Shown here one piece after another: positions 10,138-21,683 of a DNA stretch of 64,000 bases. The stretch covers positions 204 through 64,203 of the forward strand of contig CACMFH010000003.1 in NCBI GenBank assembly GCA_902612915.1, given 5' to 3'. This DNA comes from an uncultured SAR86 cluster bacterium. GTDB lineage: Bacteria > Pseudomonadota > Gammaproteobacteria > Magnimaribacterales > D2472. The translations under genes were made by a program, and so were the position numbers. Below the pieces are notes generated by a model. The model saw nothing but the letters and a program-made list of their open reading frames with translations. It ran no database searches and was not told the origin of the DNA. Each line of letters starts with the position of its first letter. The stretch's first letter is position 1.

Positions 10138-10748
10138 TTCCTTCTCAACAATCCTACGCTTTTACCTTCAATATGAAGTTGTTCACTTTCTAAATTTATT
10201 ACGATATTTTCAAAATCTTCATTTGCAGGCTCTAACTCTACAATATTAGAGGACTTTCTATTAAAGAATTTAACAGTTACCTCATCATCAAGTCTTGCAA
10301 TAACAATGTCACCATTTTTTACATCAGTAGTTTTTTTGACTGCAATCAAATCATCTTCCATGATGCCAGCATCTTTCATGCTTAGTCCTCTAACTTTTAA
10401 AAAATAATCAAAACCTGATTCAAAAAAAGATTTTGGACAGTTAATTGTTCTCTCTATATTTTCCTCAGCTAAAGTAGGTGATCCAGCAGCCACTAAGCCA
10501 ATAACTGGATACTCATCTCGACCAAATGAATTGTTTTGATCGTTAACAGAGATACCTCTAGAAGCCCCACTTTCAATTGAAATAAATCCTTTCTTTTCAA
10601 GCGCTCTAAGATGGGTTTCAGCTGAATTTGGAGATTTAAATCCTAATTCTTTACAAATATCTGCCCTTGTTGGAGGAAAACCTGTCTTCTTTAGGTAAAT
10701 TTGAATACAATCTAATACTCGTTGTTGTTGTGATGTTATTTCTTTCAT
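10134..10748 (-). CDS. lexA: LexA repressor
   Basis: Winged-helix N-terminus (QQQRVLDCIQIYLKKTGFPPTRADICKELGFKSPNSAETHLRALEKKG), Ala-Gly cleavage site (LVAAGSP), catalytic Ser (VRGLSM) and Lys (EVTVKFF). The start is moved to ATG 10748 because the track extension would run through the gene's own SOS box. Confidence 0.92.
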   Translation of the reverse strand: MKEITSQQQRVLDCIQIYLKKTGFPPTRADICKELGFKSPNSAETHLRALEKKGFISIESGASRGISVNDQNNSFGRDEYPVIGLVAAGSPTLAEENIERTINCPKSFFESGFDYFLKVRGLSMKDAGIMEDDLIAVKKTTDVKNGDIVIARLDDEVTVKFFNRKSSNIVELEPANEDFENIVINLESEQLHIEGKSVGLLRRN

Positions 10749-10759
10749 AATAATAAAAA

Positions 10760-10779
10760 TACTGAATATATGTACAGTA
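10760..10779. promoter_or_regulatory. LexA (SOS) box upstream of lexA
   Basis: TACTGAATATATGTACAGTA has the CTG-N10-CAG form and matches the gammaproteobacterial consensus TACTG(TA)5CAGTA at 18 of 20 positions. It lies 11 nt upstream of the lexA ATG. Confidence 0.85.
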
Positions 10780-10816
10780 TAATACAAAACAATGAGTTTT
10801 TACAAATTTAGTTAGT

Positions 10817-11713
10817 ATGCAGGATTCAAAGTTAATTATCGGAATATCATCAAGAGCACTTTTTGATCTTGATGAAAGTCATGAAATATATAAAAAACAT
10901 GGCCTTAAATCATATGAGGAGTATCAAATTGATAATGAAGATAAAACTTTAAAACCCGGACAAGCTTTTAGCCTTGTAAACAAAATCTTAAATATAAACG
11001 ATCTTTATGATGGCGATGACAGAGTAGAAGTAATTTTGTTATCTAGAAATACATCCGATACAGGTCTTAGAATTAGAAATTCTATTGAAGATCATAATTT
11101 AAATATATCAAGAGCTGCATTTTGTGGAGGTGAGAGCCCTCATAGGTATGTTAAAGATTTTGGTGTGCATCTATTTTTATCAAGCAGCATTGAAGACGTT
11201 AAATTAGCTATACAAAGCAATGTAGCTGCTGCAACAATTATGTCTCGTTCATTAGAAAAAAATAAGAAATCGAATTCTGATATTTTAAAAATAGCTTTTG
11301 ATGGTGATGCGGTAATTTTTTCAGATGAATCTGAAAAAGTTTTTCATGAAAAAGGTCTAGAAGCTTTTATCGAAAATGAGGTGAACTCATTATCTGTTCT
11401 TAAAGAGGGACCATTTAAATCTTTTTTAGTGGAACTTAATAAAATTCAAAATGATTTTAAAATAAATGAATGTCCGATAAGAACTGCTTTGGTCACTGCC
11501 AGATCGGCTCCATCAGATAAGAGGGTTATCAAAACTCTAAGAAAATGGGGCGTCCGTATTGATGAATCGTTATTTTTGGGTGGAATGGAGAAGGCTAAAT
11601 TTTTAGAATCCTTTGACGCTGACATCTTTTTTGATGATCAAAAAAAACATATTATGAGCGCAAAAGACACAACTGCATCGGCTCATGTACCATACGGAGT
11701 AAAAAATAATTAA
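10817..11713 (+). CDS. 5'-nucleotidase family protein (bacterial ~300-aa type)
   Basis: N-terminus IIGISSRALFDLDESHEIYKKHGLKSYEEYQIDNEDKTLKPGQAF and the C-terminal FFDDQ motif resemble the bacterial 5'-nucleotidase family as I remember it. Not verified by search. Confidence 0.6.
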   Translation: MQDSKLIIGISSRALFDLDESHEIYKKHGLKSYEEYQIDNEDKTLKPGQAFSLVNKILNINDLYDGDDRVEVILLSRNTSDTGLRIRNSIEDHNLNISRAAFCGGESPHRYVKDFGVHLFLSSSIEDVKLAIQSNVAAATIMSRSLEKNKKSNSDILKIAFDGDAVIFSDESEKVFHEKGLEAFIENEVNSLSVLKEGPFKSFLVELNKIQNDFKINECPIRTALVTARSAPSDKRVIKTLRKWGVRIDESLFLGGMEKAKFLESFDADIFFDDQKKHIMSAKDTTASAHVPYGVKNN

Positions 11714-11716
11714 ATT

Positions 11717-12328
11717 ATGGAAATTGTTTGTTTGGATATGGAAGGAACTCTCACTGAGGAAATATGGGAGAAAGTTGCATATGATACCGGCATTGAAGAT
11801 TTAGGAAAAACTACTAGAGATATTCCTAGTTATGAGGATCTTCTAGATATGCGAATAGAAATTATGTCAAAGGAAAGAATAGGCTTATCAGATGTTCAAA
11901 AAGCTGCATCTTCAGTTGAACTTCTCCCAGGAGCATTAGAATTTATATCAAACCTTAGAAAAAATTTTCAAGTTGTGATTTTGTCTGATACTTTTCACGA
12001 CATTGCTAAGCCACTGATGGAAAAGCTTGGGTTTCCTTTTTTGCTTTGTCATAACCTTGAGATAAAAAATAATGAAATTGTTTCATACAAACTTAGACAT
12101 CCTCAAGCGAAAAAACAAGCAATAAATTCATTTAAAGATTTAGGATATAGATGCTTTGCAGCAGGTGACTCTCACAATGATATTCAAATGTTTGAGGTTG
12201 CAGATAAAGGATTTTTTATGAATGCTCCTGATAAGATTTCTTCTAAATTTCCTGAAATTCAATCTTTTCATAATTATAATGAGCTTGAAAAGGCAATCAT
12301 ACACAATTCGGTGTTCGTAAATGAGTGA
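11717..12328 (+). CDS. thrH: Bifunctional phosphoserine phosphatase / homoserine phosphotransferase ThrH
   Basis: Near-colinear with Pseudomonas ThrH from memory: [44 protein letters not shown]. Confidence 0.8.
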   Translation: MEIVCLDMEGTLTEEIWEKVAYDTGIEDLGKTTRDIPSYEDLLDMRIEIMSKERIGLSDVQKAASSVELLPGALEFISNLRKNFQVVILSDTFHDIAKPLMEKLGFPFLLCHNLEIKNNEIVSYKLRHPQAKKQAINSFKDLGYRCFAAGDSHNDIQMFEVADKGFFMNAPDKISSKFPEIQSFHNYNELEKAIIHNSVFVNE

Positions 12329-12980
12329 TAATCTAAAGTTACAAAACTATACAAGACCAGTATTAAAAATTCCTAATGGAGAAAAAAATCTTCTCCTTCA
12401 TAGTTGTTGCGCTCCATGTTCTGGAGAAATTATCGAAGGGCTGGCAGCTTCAAAAATTAAAACCACCGTTTATTTTTATAATCCAAACATTCATCCTGTA
12501 GATGAATATGAAATAAGAAAGGAAGAAAATCGAAGATTTTGCGAAAAAGTTGCATTTGATTGTATTGATGGCGATTACGACAAAGAGAACTGGTTTGAGA
12601 GAATAAAAGGATTAGAAAATGAACCAGAGAGGGGTGAAAGATGCACAAAATGTTTTGATATGCGTTTTGAAAGATCAGCACTTTTTGCATATGAAAATGG
12701 ATTCAATGTTTATGCTACTACACTTGGCATTTCTAGATGGAAAGATATGGATCAAATTAATGATTCAGGACACAGAGCTGCTTCAAGGTATGAAAGTATA
12801 TCTTATTGGGATTTTAATTGGAGAAAAAATGGCGGTTCATCAAGGATGATAGAAATTTCAAAGAGGGAGCATTTTTACCAACAAGAATATTGTGGCTGTG
12901 TTTATAGTCTTCGAGACACCAATAGGTGGAGAAGAAAAAATAATAAAGATAGAATTATTAGAGGAATTAAATTTTACTAA
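12321..12980 (+). CDS. queH: Epoxyqueuosine reductase QueH (DUF208)
   Basis: [12 protein letters not shown] near the N-terminus and QEYCGCVYS near the C-terminus are the QueH Cys signatures. Confidence 0.8.
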   Translation: MSDNLKLQNYTRPVLKIPNGEKNLLLHSCCAPCSGEIIEGLAASKIKTTVYFYNPNIHPVDEYEIRKEENRRFCEKVAFDCIDGDYDKENWFERIKGLENEPERGERCTKCFDMRFERSALFAYENGFNVYATTLGISRWKDMDQINDSGHRAASRYESISYWDFNWRKNGGSSRMIEISKREHFYQQEYCGCVYSLRDTNRWRRKNNKDRIIRGIKFY

Positions 12981-12981
12981 T

Positions 12982-13866
12982 ATGACGCCGGGTAAGAAGT
13001 TTAGAGACGCCATAAAAAATAATAGTCCTCTAATTATTCCAGGAGCAATTAATGCTTATTCAGCAAAATTAGCTGAAAGAGCAAATCATAAAGCGATTTA
13101 TCTTTCTGGAAGTGGGGTTGCTGCTGCCTCTTATGGCCTTCCTGATCTAGGTGTAACTTCATTAGATGATGTCGTAATTGACGCCAAGAGAATAACTGAT
13201 GCAACTAATCTTCCTCTACTGGTTGATATAGATACTGGCTGGGGCGGTTCAAAAGAAATATCAAATACCATTGAAGAAATGGAAAATGCTGGAGTTGCTG
13301 CAGTTCATATTGAAGATCAGGTCTATGATAAAAGATGTGGACATCGGCCAAATAAACAGATAGTGAGTGTTACAGGAATGCAAGATAGAATAAAAGCTGC
13401 AGTTGATGCGAAAAAAGATGAATCTTTTTTTATTATGGCAAGAACAGACGCACTTGCATCTGAGGGAATTGAACAAGCTATTGAAAGATGTGGTGAATAC
13501 TTAAAAGTTGGTGCCGACGGAATTTTCTTTGAAGCAGCTATATCTTTAGATCAATACAAAGAGTTTAATAAAAATTTTTCAGTTCCATTACTAGCAAATA
13601 TTACAGAATTTGGAAAAACTCCATTATTCACTCAGAAAGAACTTAGCGATGTTGGAGTTGATATTGTTTTATATCCTCTTACAGCATTTAGAGCCATGAG
13701 TTTATCGGCAGAAAAAATTTATAATTCAATTATCAAAGACGGGACACAAGAGCCTCTGTTAGATATAATGCAAACCCGGGAAGAGTTGTATGAAGTTCTT
13801 GATTACTACAATTTTGAAAAACAACTTGATGAACAGTTTGAAAATACTAAAAAGGAAGGCTCATGA
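12982..13866 (+). CDS. prpB: Methylisocitrate lyase
   Basis: Motifs PGAINAYSAKLAE, LVDIDTGWGG and HIEDQV..KRCGHRPNK (ICL/PEP-mutase family, PrpB type). It lies directly upstream of prpC and prpD. Start set at ATG 12982, since the track start at 12892 would overlap queH by 89 nt. Confidence 0.9.
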   Translation: MTPGKKFRDAIKNNSPLIIPGAINAYSAKLAERANHKAIYLSGSGVAAASYGLPDLGVTSLDDVVIDAKRITDATNLPLLVDIDTGWGGSKEISNTIEEMENAGVAAVHIEDQVYDKRCGHRPNKQIVSVTGMQDRIKAAVDAKKDESFFIMARTDALASEGIEQAIERCGEYLKVGADGIFFEAAISLDQYKEFNKNFSVPLLANITEFGKTPLFTQKELSDVGVDIVLYPLTAFRAMSLSAEKIYNSIIKDGTQEPLLDIMQTREELYEVLDYYNFEKQLDEQFENTKKEGS

Positions 13867-14984
13867 CTAAAAAACTAGAGGGCGCAGGTTTAAGAGGACA
13901 GGTTGCAGGAGAAACTTCGCTGTCAACTGTTGGTCAAATTGAGGGGCTTGCCTACAGGGGTCATAAAATTGAATTGCTTGCAGAAAAGTCTTCTTTTGAA
14001 GAAGTCGCTTATCTTTTACTTTACGATAAACTTCCTAATCAAGCAGAACTAGATGATTATAAGAAACTGCTCAAGAGTCAAAGAGACCTTCCTGACTCAC
14101 TAAAACAAGTTCTTCAAAAAATTCCTTCTTCAGCTCATCCAATGGACGTAATGCGAACAGGTACATCGATGTTAGGTAATTTAGAACCTGAAGGAGAGTT
14201 TTCTAATCAGTTAAATTCTATAAATAGGATGATTGCAACAATGCCATCGATCGTTACTTATTGGTATAAATACTCTCATGAGGGTTTAGATATAGATCTC
14301 GTGAATGATGAAGATAGTATGGCCGGTCATTTTTTACATATTCTTCATGGAAAAACACCTTCAGATTTGCATAGAAAAGTAATGGATGTTTCTCTAATTT
14401 TGTACGCCGAACATGAATTTAATGCTTCTACTTTTACAGCAAGAGTTTGCGCATCAACCATGTCAGATATCCATTCATGCGTTGTAGCTGCTATTGGTTC
14501 TTTAAGAGGACCTCTTCATGGCGGAGCAAATGAAAAAGCAATGGAGTTAATAGAAAACTGGACTTCAAAAGAAGAAGCAAAATCAAAAATTATCGAGATG
14601 CTTGGGAACAAAGAAAAAATCATGGGATTTGGTCATGCTGTTTATTCAATTAGAGATCCTAGAAATGCTGTAATTAAGGAGTATGCAAAAGAATTATCTG
14701 AGTTGGCTGAAAATGATACTTTATATAAAGTAGCTGAAGAGGTTGAAAAAGTCATGGCTGATGAAAAGAAAATGTTTGCTAACGCAGACTTTTTTCATGC
14801 ACCAGCATATTTCTATATGGGCATTCCAACAAAACTATTTACTCCAATATTTGTAATGTCTAGAGTATCTGGTTGGACTGCGCATTGCATGGAGCAAAGA
14901 GCAAACAATCGAATCATCAGACCGAGTGCTGATTATATTGGAGTTGAGACTTCAGATTGGGTCGATATTTCTGATAGGTCCTAA
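13863..14984 (+). CDS. prpC: 2-methylcitrate synthase
   Basis: Citrate-synthase family (GPLHGGANE, GFGHAVY, ADFF) in prpB-prpC-prpD context. Confidence 0.9.
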   Translation: MTKKLEGAGLRGQVAGETSLSTVGQIEGLAYRGHKIELLAEKSSFEEVAYLLLYDKLPNQAELDDYKKLLKSQRDLPDSLKQVLQKIPSSAHPMDVMRTGTSMLGNLEPEGEFSNQLNSINRMIATMPSIVTYWYKYSHEGLDIDLVNDEDSMAGHFLHILHGKTPSDLHRKVMDVSLILYAEHEFNASTFTARVCASTMSDIHSCVVAAIGSLRGPLHGGANEKAMELIENWTSKEEAKSKIIEMLGNKEKIMGFGHAVYSIRDPRNAVIKEYAKELSELAENDTLYKVAEEVEKVMADEKKMFANADFFHAPAYFYMGIPTKLFTPIFVMSRVSGWTAHCMEQRANNRIIRPSADYIGVETSDWVDISDRS

Positions 14985-14987
14985 AAT

Positions 14988-16439
14988 ATGTCATCAAATG
15001 TTGATCTGAATGTCAGACCTGGGTTTGATGGACTTATTTCTGAAATTGCAAATTACGTTTCAAACTATGAAATTAAATCTGATTTAGCATTAGATACTGC
15101 TAGAAATTGTCTTATAGATACTATTGGATGTGGTCTTTTAGCCTTACAATTTCCTGCTTGCACCAAAATGCTTGGGCCTATAGTAAAAGATACAAAAGTA
15201 CCTTTTGGCGTTCGTGTACCTGGCACAAATTATGAGTTAGATCCGGTAAAAGGAGCATTTGATATTGGCTGTATTGTTAGATGGCTAGATTATAATGATA
15301 CTTGGCTTGCTGCAGAGTGGGGACATCCCTCAGATAACTTAGGTGCAATATTATCAGTATGTGATTTTGTTTCACAACAAAGTGTTGCTAATGCAAAAGA
15401 TCCATTAACTATAAGAACTGTTCTCGAATCAATGATTATGGCACATGAGGTACAGGGTGTCTTAGCCCTAGAAAATAGTTTTAATAAGGTAGGACTTGAC
15501 CATGTCATTCTAGTAAAAGTTGCTTCAACGGCAGTAGCTACAAAATTACTTGGCGGTTCTATTGATCAAATTAAAGATGCAGTTAGCCAAGCCTGGGTGG
15601 ATGGTCAAAGCCTTAGAACTTATAGGCATGCTCCTAATGCGGGCTCAAGAAAAAGTTGGGCAGCTGGGGACGCCACTAGTAGAGCTGTAAGACTAGCAAT
15701 GATTACTATGTCAGGTGAGATGGGATACCCTGGTGTATTATCTGCACCTGTTTGGGGATTTGAAGACGTTTCATTCGATGGAGAAAAACTTTCTTTACCT
15801 CAACCTTTTGAAACTTATGTTATGGAGAATATTCTATTTAAAATTAGCTTTCCAGCAGAATTCCATGCTCAAACTGCAGTAGAGGCTGCAGTAAAGTTAC
15901 ATGAAGAAATAAAAGATAAAATCGATGAAATAAAATCTGTTGAAATCACTACACATGAGTCTGCCATCAGAATCATTTCAAAAGTTGGGGAGCTAAATAA
16001 TCCTGCTGATAGAGATCATTGTTTGCAATATATGGTTGCTATTGGTTTATTGAAAGGCAATTTAGTCGCAGAAGATTACGAAGATGATGTTGCAAAAGAT
16101 CCAAGAATTGATGAACTTAGAGAAAAAATGGTTATCAAAGAAGATAAAAGATACTCAAAAGAATATCTTGAAGCAGATAAACGTTCAATTGCTAACAGAA
16201 TTAAGATTCATTTTAATGATGGAACTTCAACAGAGGAGGTTGAGGTTGAATATCCTATTGGCCATAAAAGAAGAAGAGAAGAGGGCATTCCAGTTTTAGA
16301 AAATAAATTTAAAGATAATTTAGACATAACATTTAATGAGGAAGTATCTGATAAGATATTCACACTTTGCATGAACCAAGAAAAGCTTGAAGAAACCTCT
16401 GTTACTGATTTTCAGAAATTATTTTCAAAAATCCCATAA
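14988..16439 (+). CDS. prpD: 2-methylcitrate dehydratase
   Basis: 483-aa MmgE/PrpD family protein with operon context. Confidence 0.9.
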   Translation: MSSNVDLNVRPGFDGLISEIANYVSNYEIKSDLALDTARNCLIDTIGCGLLALQFPACTKMLGPIVKDTKVPFGVRVPGTNYELDPVKGAFDIGCIVRWLDYNDTWLAAEWGHPSDNLGAILSVCDFVSQQSVANAKDPLTIRTVLESMIMAHEVQGVLALENSFNKVGLDHVILVKVASTAVATKLLGGSIDQIKDAVSQAWVDGQSLRTYRHAPNAGSRKSWAAGDATSRAVRLAMITMSGEMGYPGVLSAPVWGFEDVSFDGEKLSLPQPFETYVMENILFKISFPAEFHAQTAVEAAVKLHEEIKDKIDEIKSVEITTHESAIRIISKVGELNNPADRDHCLQYMVAIGLLKGNLVAEDYEDDVAKDPRIDELREKMVIKEDKRYSKEYLEADKRSIANRIKIHFNDGTSTEEVEVEYPIGHKRRREEGIPVLENKFKDNLDITFNEEVSDKIFTLCMNQEKLEETSVTDFQKLFSKIP

Positions 16440-16478
16440 AATAAAGCTTTTTTAGCTTTTTGGACTATAATTATCGCC

Positions 16479-17561
16479 ATGTCAGGCAATACGTTTGGAA
16501 AAATATTTAAAATTACGACTTTTGGTGAGAGTCATGGCACTTCTATGGGCTGTATTTTAGATGGTTGTCCGCCACAAATTGAGCTAAAAAAAGAGGATAT
16601 TCAGTATGAATTAGATAGAAGAAAGCCTGGCCAATCAGATGTAACTACACAAAGAAAAGAAGACGACGCTGTAGAGATTTTATCTGGAGTTTTTGAAGGA
16701 AAAACCCTCGGCACGCCTATAGGAATGATAATTTACAATAAAGATCAAAAATCTAAAGATTACTCGAATATAAAAGATGTTTTTAGACCAAATCATGCAG
16801 ACATTACCTATCAAGCAAAATATGGTCATAGAGATTACAGAGGTGGTGGAAGAGCAAGTGCTAGAGAAACTGCAAACTGGGTAGCTGCTGGAGCAATTGC
16901 TAAAAAGATTCTTGAAAAGGAGGGTGTATCAGTAAATGGTTTTGTATCAGAAATAGGAAAAGTAAAGGCCGATTCAATTAATCATAAAAATATAAATAAT
17001 AAATACTTTTTTAGTGATGAATCAAAATTGTCTGAACTAGATTCAATGTTCAAAGACTTAATTGAAGAGGGGAATTCTGTAGGTGCAAAGTTAGGAGTTA
17101 TTGTTGAGAACTGTCCGGTTGGTTTAGGAGATCCAGTTTTCGAGAAGTTAGACGCTAATTTAGCAAAAGCAATAATGACTATTAACGCAGTAAAGTCAGT
17201 ATCAATTGGCAATTCAGATGATCTATTAAGTCTTAAAGGTTCAGAAGCAAGGGATGAAATAACAGCATCAGGTTTTACTTCAAATAATTCAGGAGGAATA
17301 TTAGGCGGTATATCTAACGGAGATGATATAAGCCTAAGCTTTATCATAAAGCCAACATCAAGTATTAAAACAAAAGGAAAAACTGTAAATAAAGAAGGTA
17401 ATGAGGTTGATATAGAGGTTACTGGAAGACATGATCCATGTGTCGGCATCAGAGCTGTGCCAATTGCCGAGGCTATGGTTAGTTTAGTTTTAGTGGATCA
17501 TCTATTAATCAATAAAGCTCAATGTGCTGATGTTGAACAAAATCTTCCATTTAGTGAGTAA
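16479..17561 (+). CDS. aroC: Chorismate synthase
   Basis: Motifs [43 protein letters not shown] and GRHDPCVG. Confidence 0.95.
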   Translation: MSGNTFGKIFKITTFGESHGTSMGCILDGCPPQIELKKEDIQYELDRRKPGQSDVTTQRKEDDAVEILSGVFEGKTLGTPIGMIIYNKDQKSKDYSNIKDVFRPNHADITYQAKYGHRDYRGGGRASARETANWVAAGAIAKKILEKEGVSVNGFVSEIGKVKADSINHKNINNKYFFSDESKLSELDSMFKDLIEEGNSVGAKLGVIVENCPVGLGDPVFEKLDANLAKAIMTINAVKSVSIGNSDDLLSLKGSEARDEITASGFTSNNSGGILGGISNGDDISLSFIIKPTSSIKTKGKTVNKEGNEVDIEVTGRHDPCVGIRAVPIAEAMVSLVLVDHLLINKAQCADVEQNLPFSE

Positions 17562-17566
17562 AAACA

Positions 17567-18970
17567 ATGAAGACTTTATACGACAAACTCTGGGAAGAGC
17601 ATCATGTCACCCAACTCGATTCGGGAGAATCACTTTTATATATTGATAGACATTATTTGCATGAGGTCACATCTCCTCAGGCATTTGAGGGACTAATTAA
17701 GAAAAATTTAAAGCCCTGGAGGCTTAATGCCAACATTGCTACTCCTGACCATAATGTACCTACAACAAGAGGTAATAATTTTAATTCTGAATCAATAACT
17801 GATGAAATTTCAAAGATTCAAGTAGTTGAATTGGATAAGAATTGTAATAAATTTGGTATTAAACAATTTGACATAGAGTCAAATAAACAAGGCATTGTTC
17901 ATGTTATTGGACCTGAATTAGGTTTTACAATTCCCGGAATGACTATTGTTTGCGGAGATTCACACACATCTACACATGGAGCGCTTGGTTGTTTAGCTAT
18001 GGGTATAGGAACTTCTGAAGTTGAGCACGTTCTTGCTACCCAGTGCCTAAAAGTTTCTAAATTAAAAAATATGAATGTTAGATTTGAAGGAGAGGTAGAT
18101 GAGCATGTTTCTTCAAAAGATATTGTCTTATATTTGATTGGACAAATAGGTACTGCTGGTGGAACTGGTTACGCCATTGAATTTTCAGGATCATACATAA
18201 GTAGCATATCTGTCGAGGGAAGAATGACTATTTGTAACATGGCTATTGAAGCAGGAGCAAAAGTTGGATTAATTGCCCCAGACAATAAAACTATTGAGTA
18301 TGTTAAAAGTAAATCATTTCTTGATGATGACACTTTTAATCAAGCAAAAGAGTATTGGAAAACTCTAAAGTCAGATGATGATGCAAAATTTGATAAAGAA
18401 ATAACTATAGATGTATCAAAAATCAAACCACAAGTCACATGGGGTACTTCACCTGAGATGGTATTGAATTATGATGAACCGATTCCAACAGTATTTGATA
18501 CAAAAGATGAAAACAAAAAGAATGTTGAGTTGGCAAGAGACTATATGGGCATTGAAAATGAAACAAAATTATCTGATTTAACATTCGATAAAGTTTTCAT
18601 AGGATCTTGTACTAATTCTAGAATTGAAGATTTAAGACAGGCTGCTGAGATAGTTAAGGGTAAAACTATTGCATCAAATATTTCAGAAGCTATTGTTGTG
18701 CCCGGGTCCGGTCTTGTTAAAGAACAAGCAGAAAATGAAGGATTAGATAAAGTTTTTACTGATGCAGGTTTTATTTGGAGAGATCCTGGATGCTCAATGT
18801 GCCTCGGAATGAATCCAGATCAACTCAAACCATACGAAAGATGTGCTTCAACCTCAAATAGAAACTTTGAAGGAAGACAGGGATACCTAGGTAGGACTCA
18901 TTTGATGAGTCCAATTATGGCAGCCTATACAGCAATTAATGGAACTATAGGAGACCCTGATGAAATCTAA
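17567..18970 (+). CDS. leuC: 3-isopropylmalate dehydratase large subunit
   Basis: Motifs [31 protein letters not shown] and CSMCLGMN (aconitase-family Fe-S ligands). Confidence 0.95.
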   Translation: MKTLYDKLWEEHHVTQLDSGESLLYIDRHYLHEVTSPQAFEGLIKKNLKPWRLNANIATPDHNVPTTRGNNFNSESITDEISKIQVVELDKNCNKFGIKQFDIESNKQGIVHVIGPELGFTIPGMTIVCGDSHTSTHGALGCLAMGIGTSEVEHVLATQCLKVSKLKNMNVRFEGEVDEHVSSKDIVLYLIGQIGTAGGTGYAIEFSGSYISSISVEGRMTICNMAIEAGAKVGLIAPDNKTIEYVKSKSFLDDDTFNQAKEYWKTLKSDDDAKFDKEITIDVSKIKPQVTWGTSPEMVLNYDEPIPTVFDTKDENKKNVELARDYMGIENETKLSDLTFDKVFIGSCTNSRIEDLRQAAEIVKGKTIASNISEAIVVPGSGLVKEQAENEGLDKVFTDAGFIWRDPGCSMCLGMNPDQLKPYERCASTSNRNFEGRQGYLGRTHLMSPIMAAYTAINGTIGDPDEI

Positions 18971-19601
18971 CAGTGAGGGATTAATTATAGATGGAGTTGT
19001 TGCATATATAGATAGAGATAATATTGATACTGATCAAATCATCCCCACAGAATATTTAAAATCTATTAAAAAGTTTGGCTTTGAAGATTATCTTTTTGAT
19101 GGTTGGAGATATAAAGATGATGGAAAGCTTGGTGTCACAAAAGATGAAAGAGTGATTGATGAAAACTTTATACTTAATAAAAATCCTTTCAATGAATCTA
19201 AAATACTTTTAACTCGTGATAATTTTGGATGTGGATCATCAAGAGAACATGCAGTTTGGGCGCTGCGAGATTTTGGTATTAAAGCTGTAATAGCGTCCTC
19301 TTTTGGGGATATTTTTTATAATAATTCTTTTAAAAATGGTGTTTTGCCAGTCATGTTAGAAAAAAAAGAGATAGATTTCTTATTTGATCAAACTCAGCAA
19401 AAAGTTCTTGAGCTTTCAATAAATTTACAAAAGAAAGAAATCAACTATGGTGAAAAAACAATTTCTTTTAATGTTGAAAATCATCTTATAGATAGAATTA
19501 TCTATGGACTAGATGATGTTGATATAACTTTAAAAGAAAAAGATAAAATCCTTGATTTTGAAAGGACTAGAATTGAAGAAAGACCTTGGATATTCAAATG
19601 A
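18960..19601 (+). CDS. leuD: 3-isopropylmalate dehydratase small subunit
   Basis: Motif [15 protein letters not shown]. Follows leuC with an 11-nt overlap. Confidence 0.95.
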   Translation: MKSNSEGLIIDGVVAYIDRDNIDTDQIIPTEYLKSIKKFGFEDYLFDGWRYKDDGKLGVTKDERVIDENFILNKNPFNESKILLTRDNFGCGSSREHAVWALRDFGIKAVIASSFGDIFYNNSFKNGVLPVMLEKKEIDFLFDQTQQKVLELSINLQKKEINYGEKTISFNVENHLIDRIIYGLDDVDITLKEKDKILDFERTRIEERPWIFK

Positions 19602-20674
19602 GTAAGAAAATATTAGTTTTACCTGGAGACGGAATTGGACAAGAGGTAACTGCTTCTGCAATGCAAATCCTCAACTTTATCATCAAAAAATTTTCCTTGA
19701 ATTTTTCTATAGATGAGCTTGATGTTGGTGGAACTGCCTACGAGAAGTTTGGTTCACCAATTCCAGAAAATGTTTTAACAGTAGCCAAAAAAGCAGATGC
19801 TGTTCTATTTGGAGCTGTAGGAGCTCCGCAGTGGGATGGTCTTAGTTGGGAAGACAGACCAGAAAATGCTCTGTTGACATTAAGAAAGGAATTAAACTTG
19901 TTTGCAAATTTAAGACCTGCCTTTTTATTTAATGAACTATCAAATGCTTCCCCGTTAAAAGAAAAAATTATTGAAGGTTTAGATATATTGATAGTTAGAG
20001 AACTAACTGGTGGTATATATTTTGGTGAGCCTAGAGGAGTTGTTGATGATCAGTCTCCAAATTATGCGTTTAATACTATGATTTATAATGAAGATGAGAT
20101 TAGAAGAATTGCAAAAATTGCTTTTGAATCAGCACAAAAAAGAAAAGGTAGATTATGTTCAGTAGAAAAAGCAAATGTTTTAGAAGTTTCAAAATTTTGG
20201 AGATCAATTGTTACAGAAATGTCTGAAGAATATCCTGATGTTGAGCTTTCACATCAACTTGCAGATAATGCAGCAATGCAGTTAGTCCTCAATCCAAATC
20301 AATTTGATGTAATTGTTGCTAGTAACTTGTTTGGAGATATTTTATCTGACATTGCTGCGACACTTACTGGGTCAATAGGCATGCTTCCTTCTGCATCGCT
20401 TGATAGCTCATTCAAGGGCATGTATGAGCCCTGTCATGGAAGTGCGCCTGATATTGCTAATCAAGATCTTGCGAATCCATTAGCAATGATTGGCTCGTTA
20501 TCAATGGCTTTAAGATATTCATTGGATGAAGAAACTGTTGCAAATAAAATTGATACAGCAATCAAAAAGTTCATAGAACAAGGCTTCCGAACAAAAGACA
20601 TTGCCACGGATGAAAATTATTTAAAAACATCCGAGGTTGCTGAAAAAATTACAGAGATTCTTGAAAATGAATAG
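19598..20674 (+). CDS. leuB: 3-isopropylmalate dehydrogenase
   Basis: Motifs [30 protein letters not shown] and HGSAPDIA. Start ATG 19598 forms an ATGA overlap with the leuD stop. Confidence 0.95.
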   Translation: MSKKILVLPGDGIGQEVTASAMQILNFIIKKFSLNFSIDELDVGGTAYEKFGSPIPENVLTVAKKADAVLFGAVGAPQWDGLSWEDRPENALLTLRKELNLFANLRPAFLFNELSNASPLKEKIIEGLDILIVRELTGGIYFGEPRGVVDDQSPNYAFNTMIYNEDEIRRIAKIAFESAQKRKGRLCSVEKANVLEVSKFWRSIVTEMSEEYPDVELSHQLADNAAMQLVLNPNQFDVIVASNLFGDILSDIAATLTGSIGMLPSASLDSSFKGMYEPCHGSAPDIANQDLANPLAMIGSLSMALRYSLDEETVANKIDTAIKKFIEQGFRTKDIATDENYLKTSEVAEKITEILENE

Positions 20675-21683
20675 TTTAGTAAATTTAGCATTAATTGGAG
20701 CGTCAGGTGTTGTTGGTAAAAAAATTATTTCTTTAATGGAAAATAAAAATGTTGAAATAAAAAATTTTTATCCACTTGGATCTACTTCCGTAGGCGATGA
20801 AATACTGTTTAATAAAAATGAATACAAAATTGAAGATTTGACTAATTTTGATTATTCAAAGGTAAATTTGGCTATCTTTTCTGCTGGGTCAAAGGTTGCA
20901 GAAGAACACGCAAAAGATTTTGTTAATGCAGGAGTTTATGTAATAGATTTATCATCTAAATTTAGATACGAAAAGGATATACCTCTTATAATTCCTGAGA
21001 TAAATGGAAATGAGATTAATCTTTTAGATGCACCATCCTTAATATCTAATCCTAATTGCTCTACATCTCAGCTTTTAATGGCAATTGCTCCCATACATAA
21101 AGAATATGAAATAGATATTTTAAATATTGCTACATATCAAGCAGTATCCGGAACTGGAAAACAAGCAGTTCAAGAATTAAAAAATCAGATTAAAGATGAG
21201 TCTGTCAATCAAGAAGTTTATCCAAAAAAAATAGCATTTAATGTAATCCCTCAATGCGATATCTTTTTAGAGAATGATTTTACAAAAGAAGAAATGAAAC
21301 TTGTCTGGGAAACAAAAAAAATACTTGATAACAACATTGAAGTGCAAGCAACGTGCGTAAGAGTTCCTGTTATTAATGGTCATTCTGAGGCAGTCTTTTT
21401 AAGAACAAAGAAAGAAACTTCTCGAGAGCAAATAATTGAGTTATTAAACAATTCTAGTGGAATTAAGGTAATAGATAATCCAAAGTCCCAAGAGTATCCA
21501 ACTCCACTTGAGAACGCAAAAGATACTGAAGAGGTATTTGTAGGAAGGATAAGGTCTCAAACTATTAACAATGAAAACTGGATCTCAATGTGGATAGTAG
21601 CTGACAATGTTTATGGAAAGGGAGCTGCGTTAAATACCGTTCAAATTCTTGAAAGTTTAGTAGAGAACAAAAAGTTGTGTTGA
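20667..21683 (+). CDS. asd: Aspartate-semialdehyde dehydrogenase
   Basis: Rossmann N-terminus [11 protein letters not shown], active-site NPNCSTSQ (Cys) and YQAVSGTGK. Start ATG 20667. Confidence 0.85.
   Translation: MNSLVNLALIGASGVVGKKIISLMENKNVEIKNFYPLGSTSVGDEILFNKNEYKIEDLTNFDYSKVNLAIFSAGSKVAEEHAKDFVNAGVYVIDLSSKFRYEKDIPLIIPEINGNEINLLDAPSLISNPNCSTSQLLMAIAPIHKEYEIDILNIATYQAVSGTGKQAVQELKNQIKDESVNQEVYPKKIAFNVIPQCDIFLENDFTKEEMKLVWETKKILDNNIEVQATCVRVPVINGHSEAVFLRTKKETSREQIIELLNNSSGIKVIDNPKSQEYPTPLENAKDTEEVFVGRIRSQTINNENWISMWIVADNVYGKGAALNTVQILESLVENKKLC

Noticed and set aside
10749-10787. Track-predicted 13-codon N-terminal extension of lexA (MYYTVHIFSIFII)
   Set aside because: It would be translated through the gene's own SOS box and adds a hydrophobic peptide foreign to LexA. 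The ATG at 10748 gives a canonical LexA N-terminus.
12892-12981. Track-predicted 30-codon N-terminal extension of prpB
   Set aside because: It would overlap queH by 89 nt. PrpB homology begins right after ATG 12982 (MTPGKKFRDAI..PGAINAY).
16982-17449. 155-aa ORF antisense to aroC
   Set aside because: It lies entirely inside a strongly supported chorismate synthase gene on the other strand. Its product is S/P/L/I-rich and low in complexity, with no SD and no motif. This is the typical shadow ORF of a codon-biased gene.
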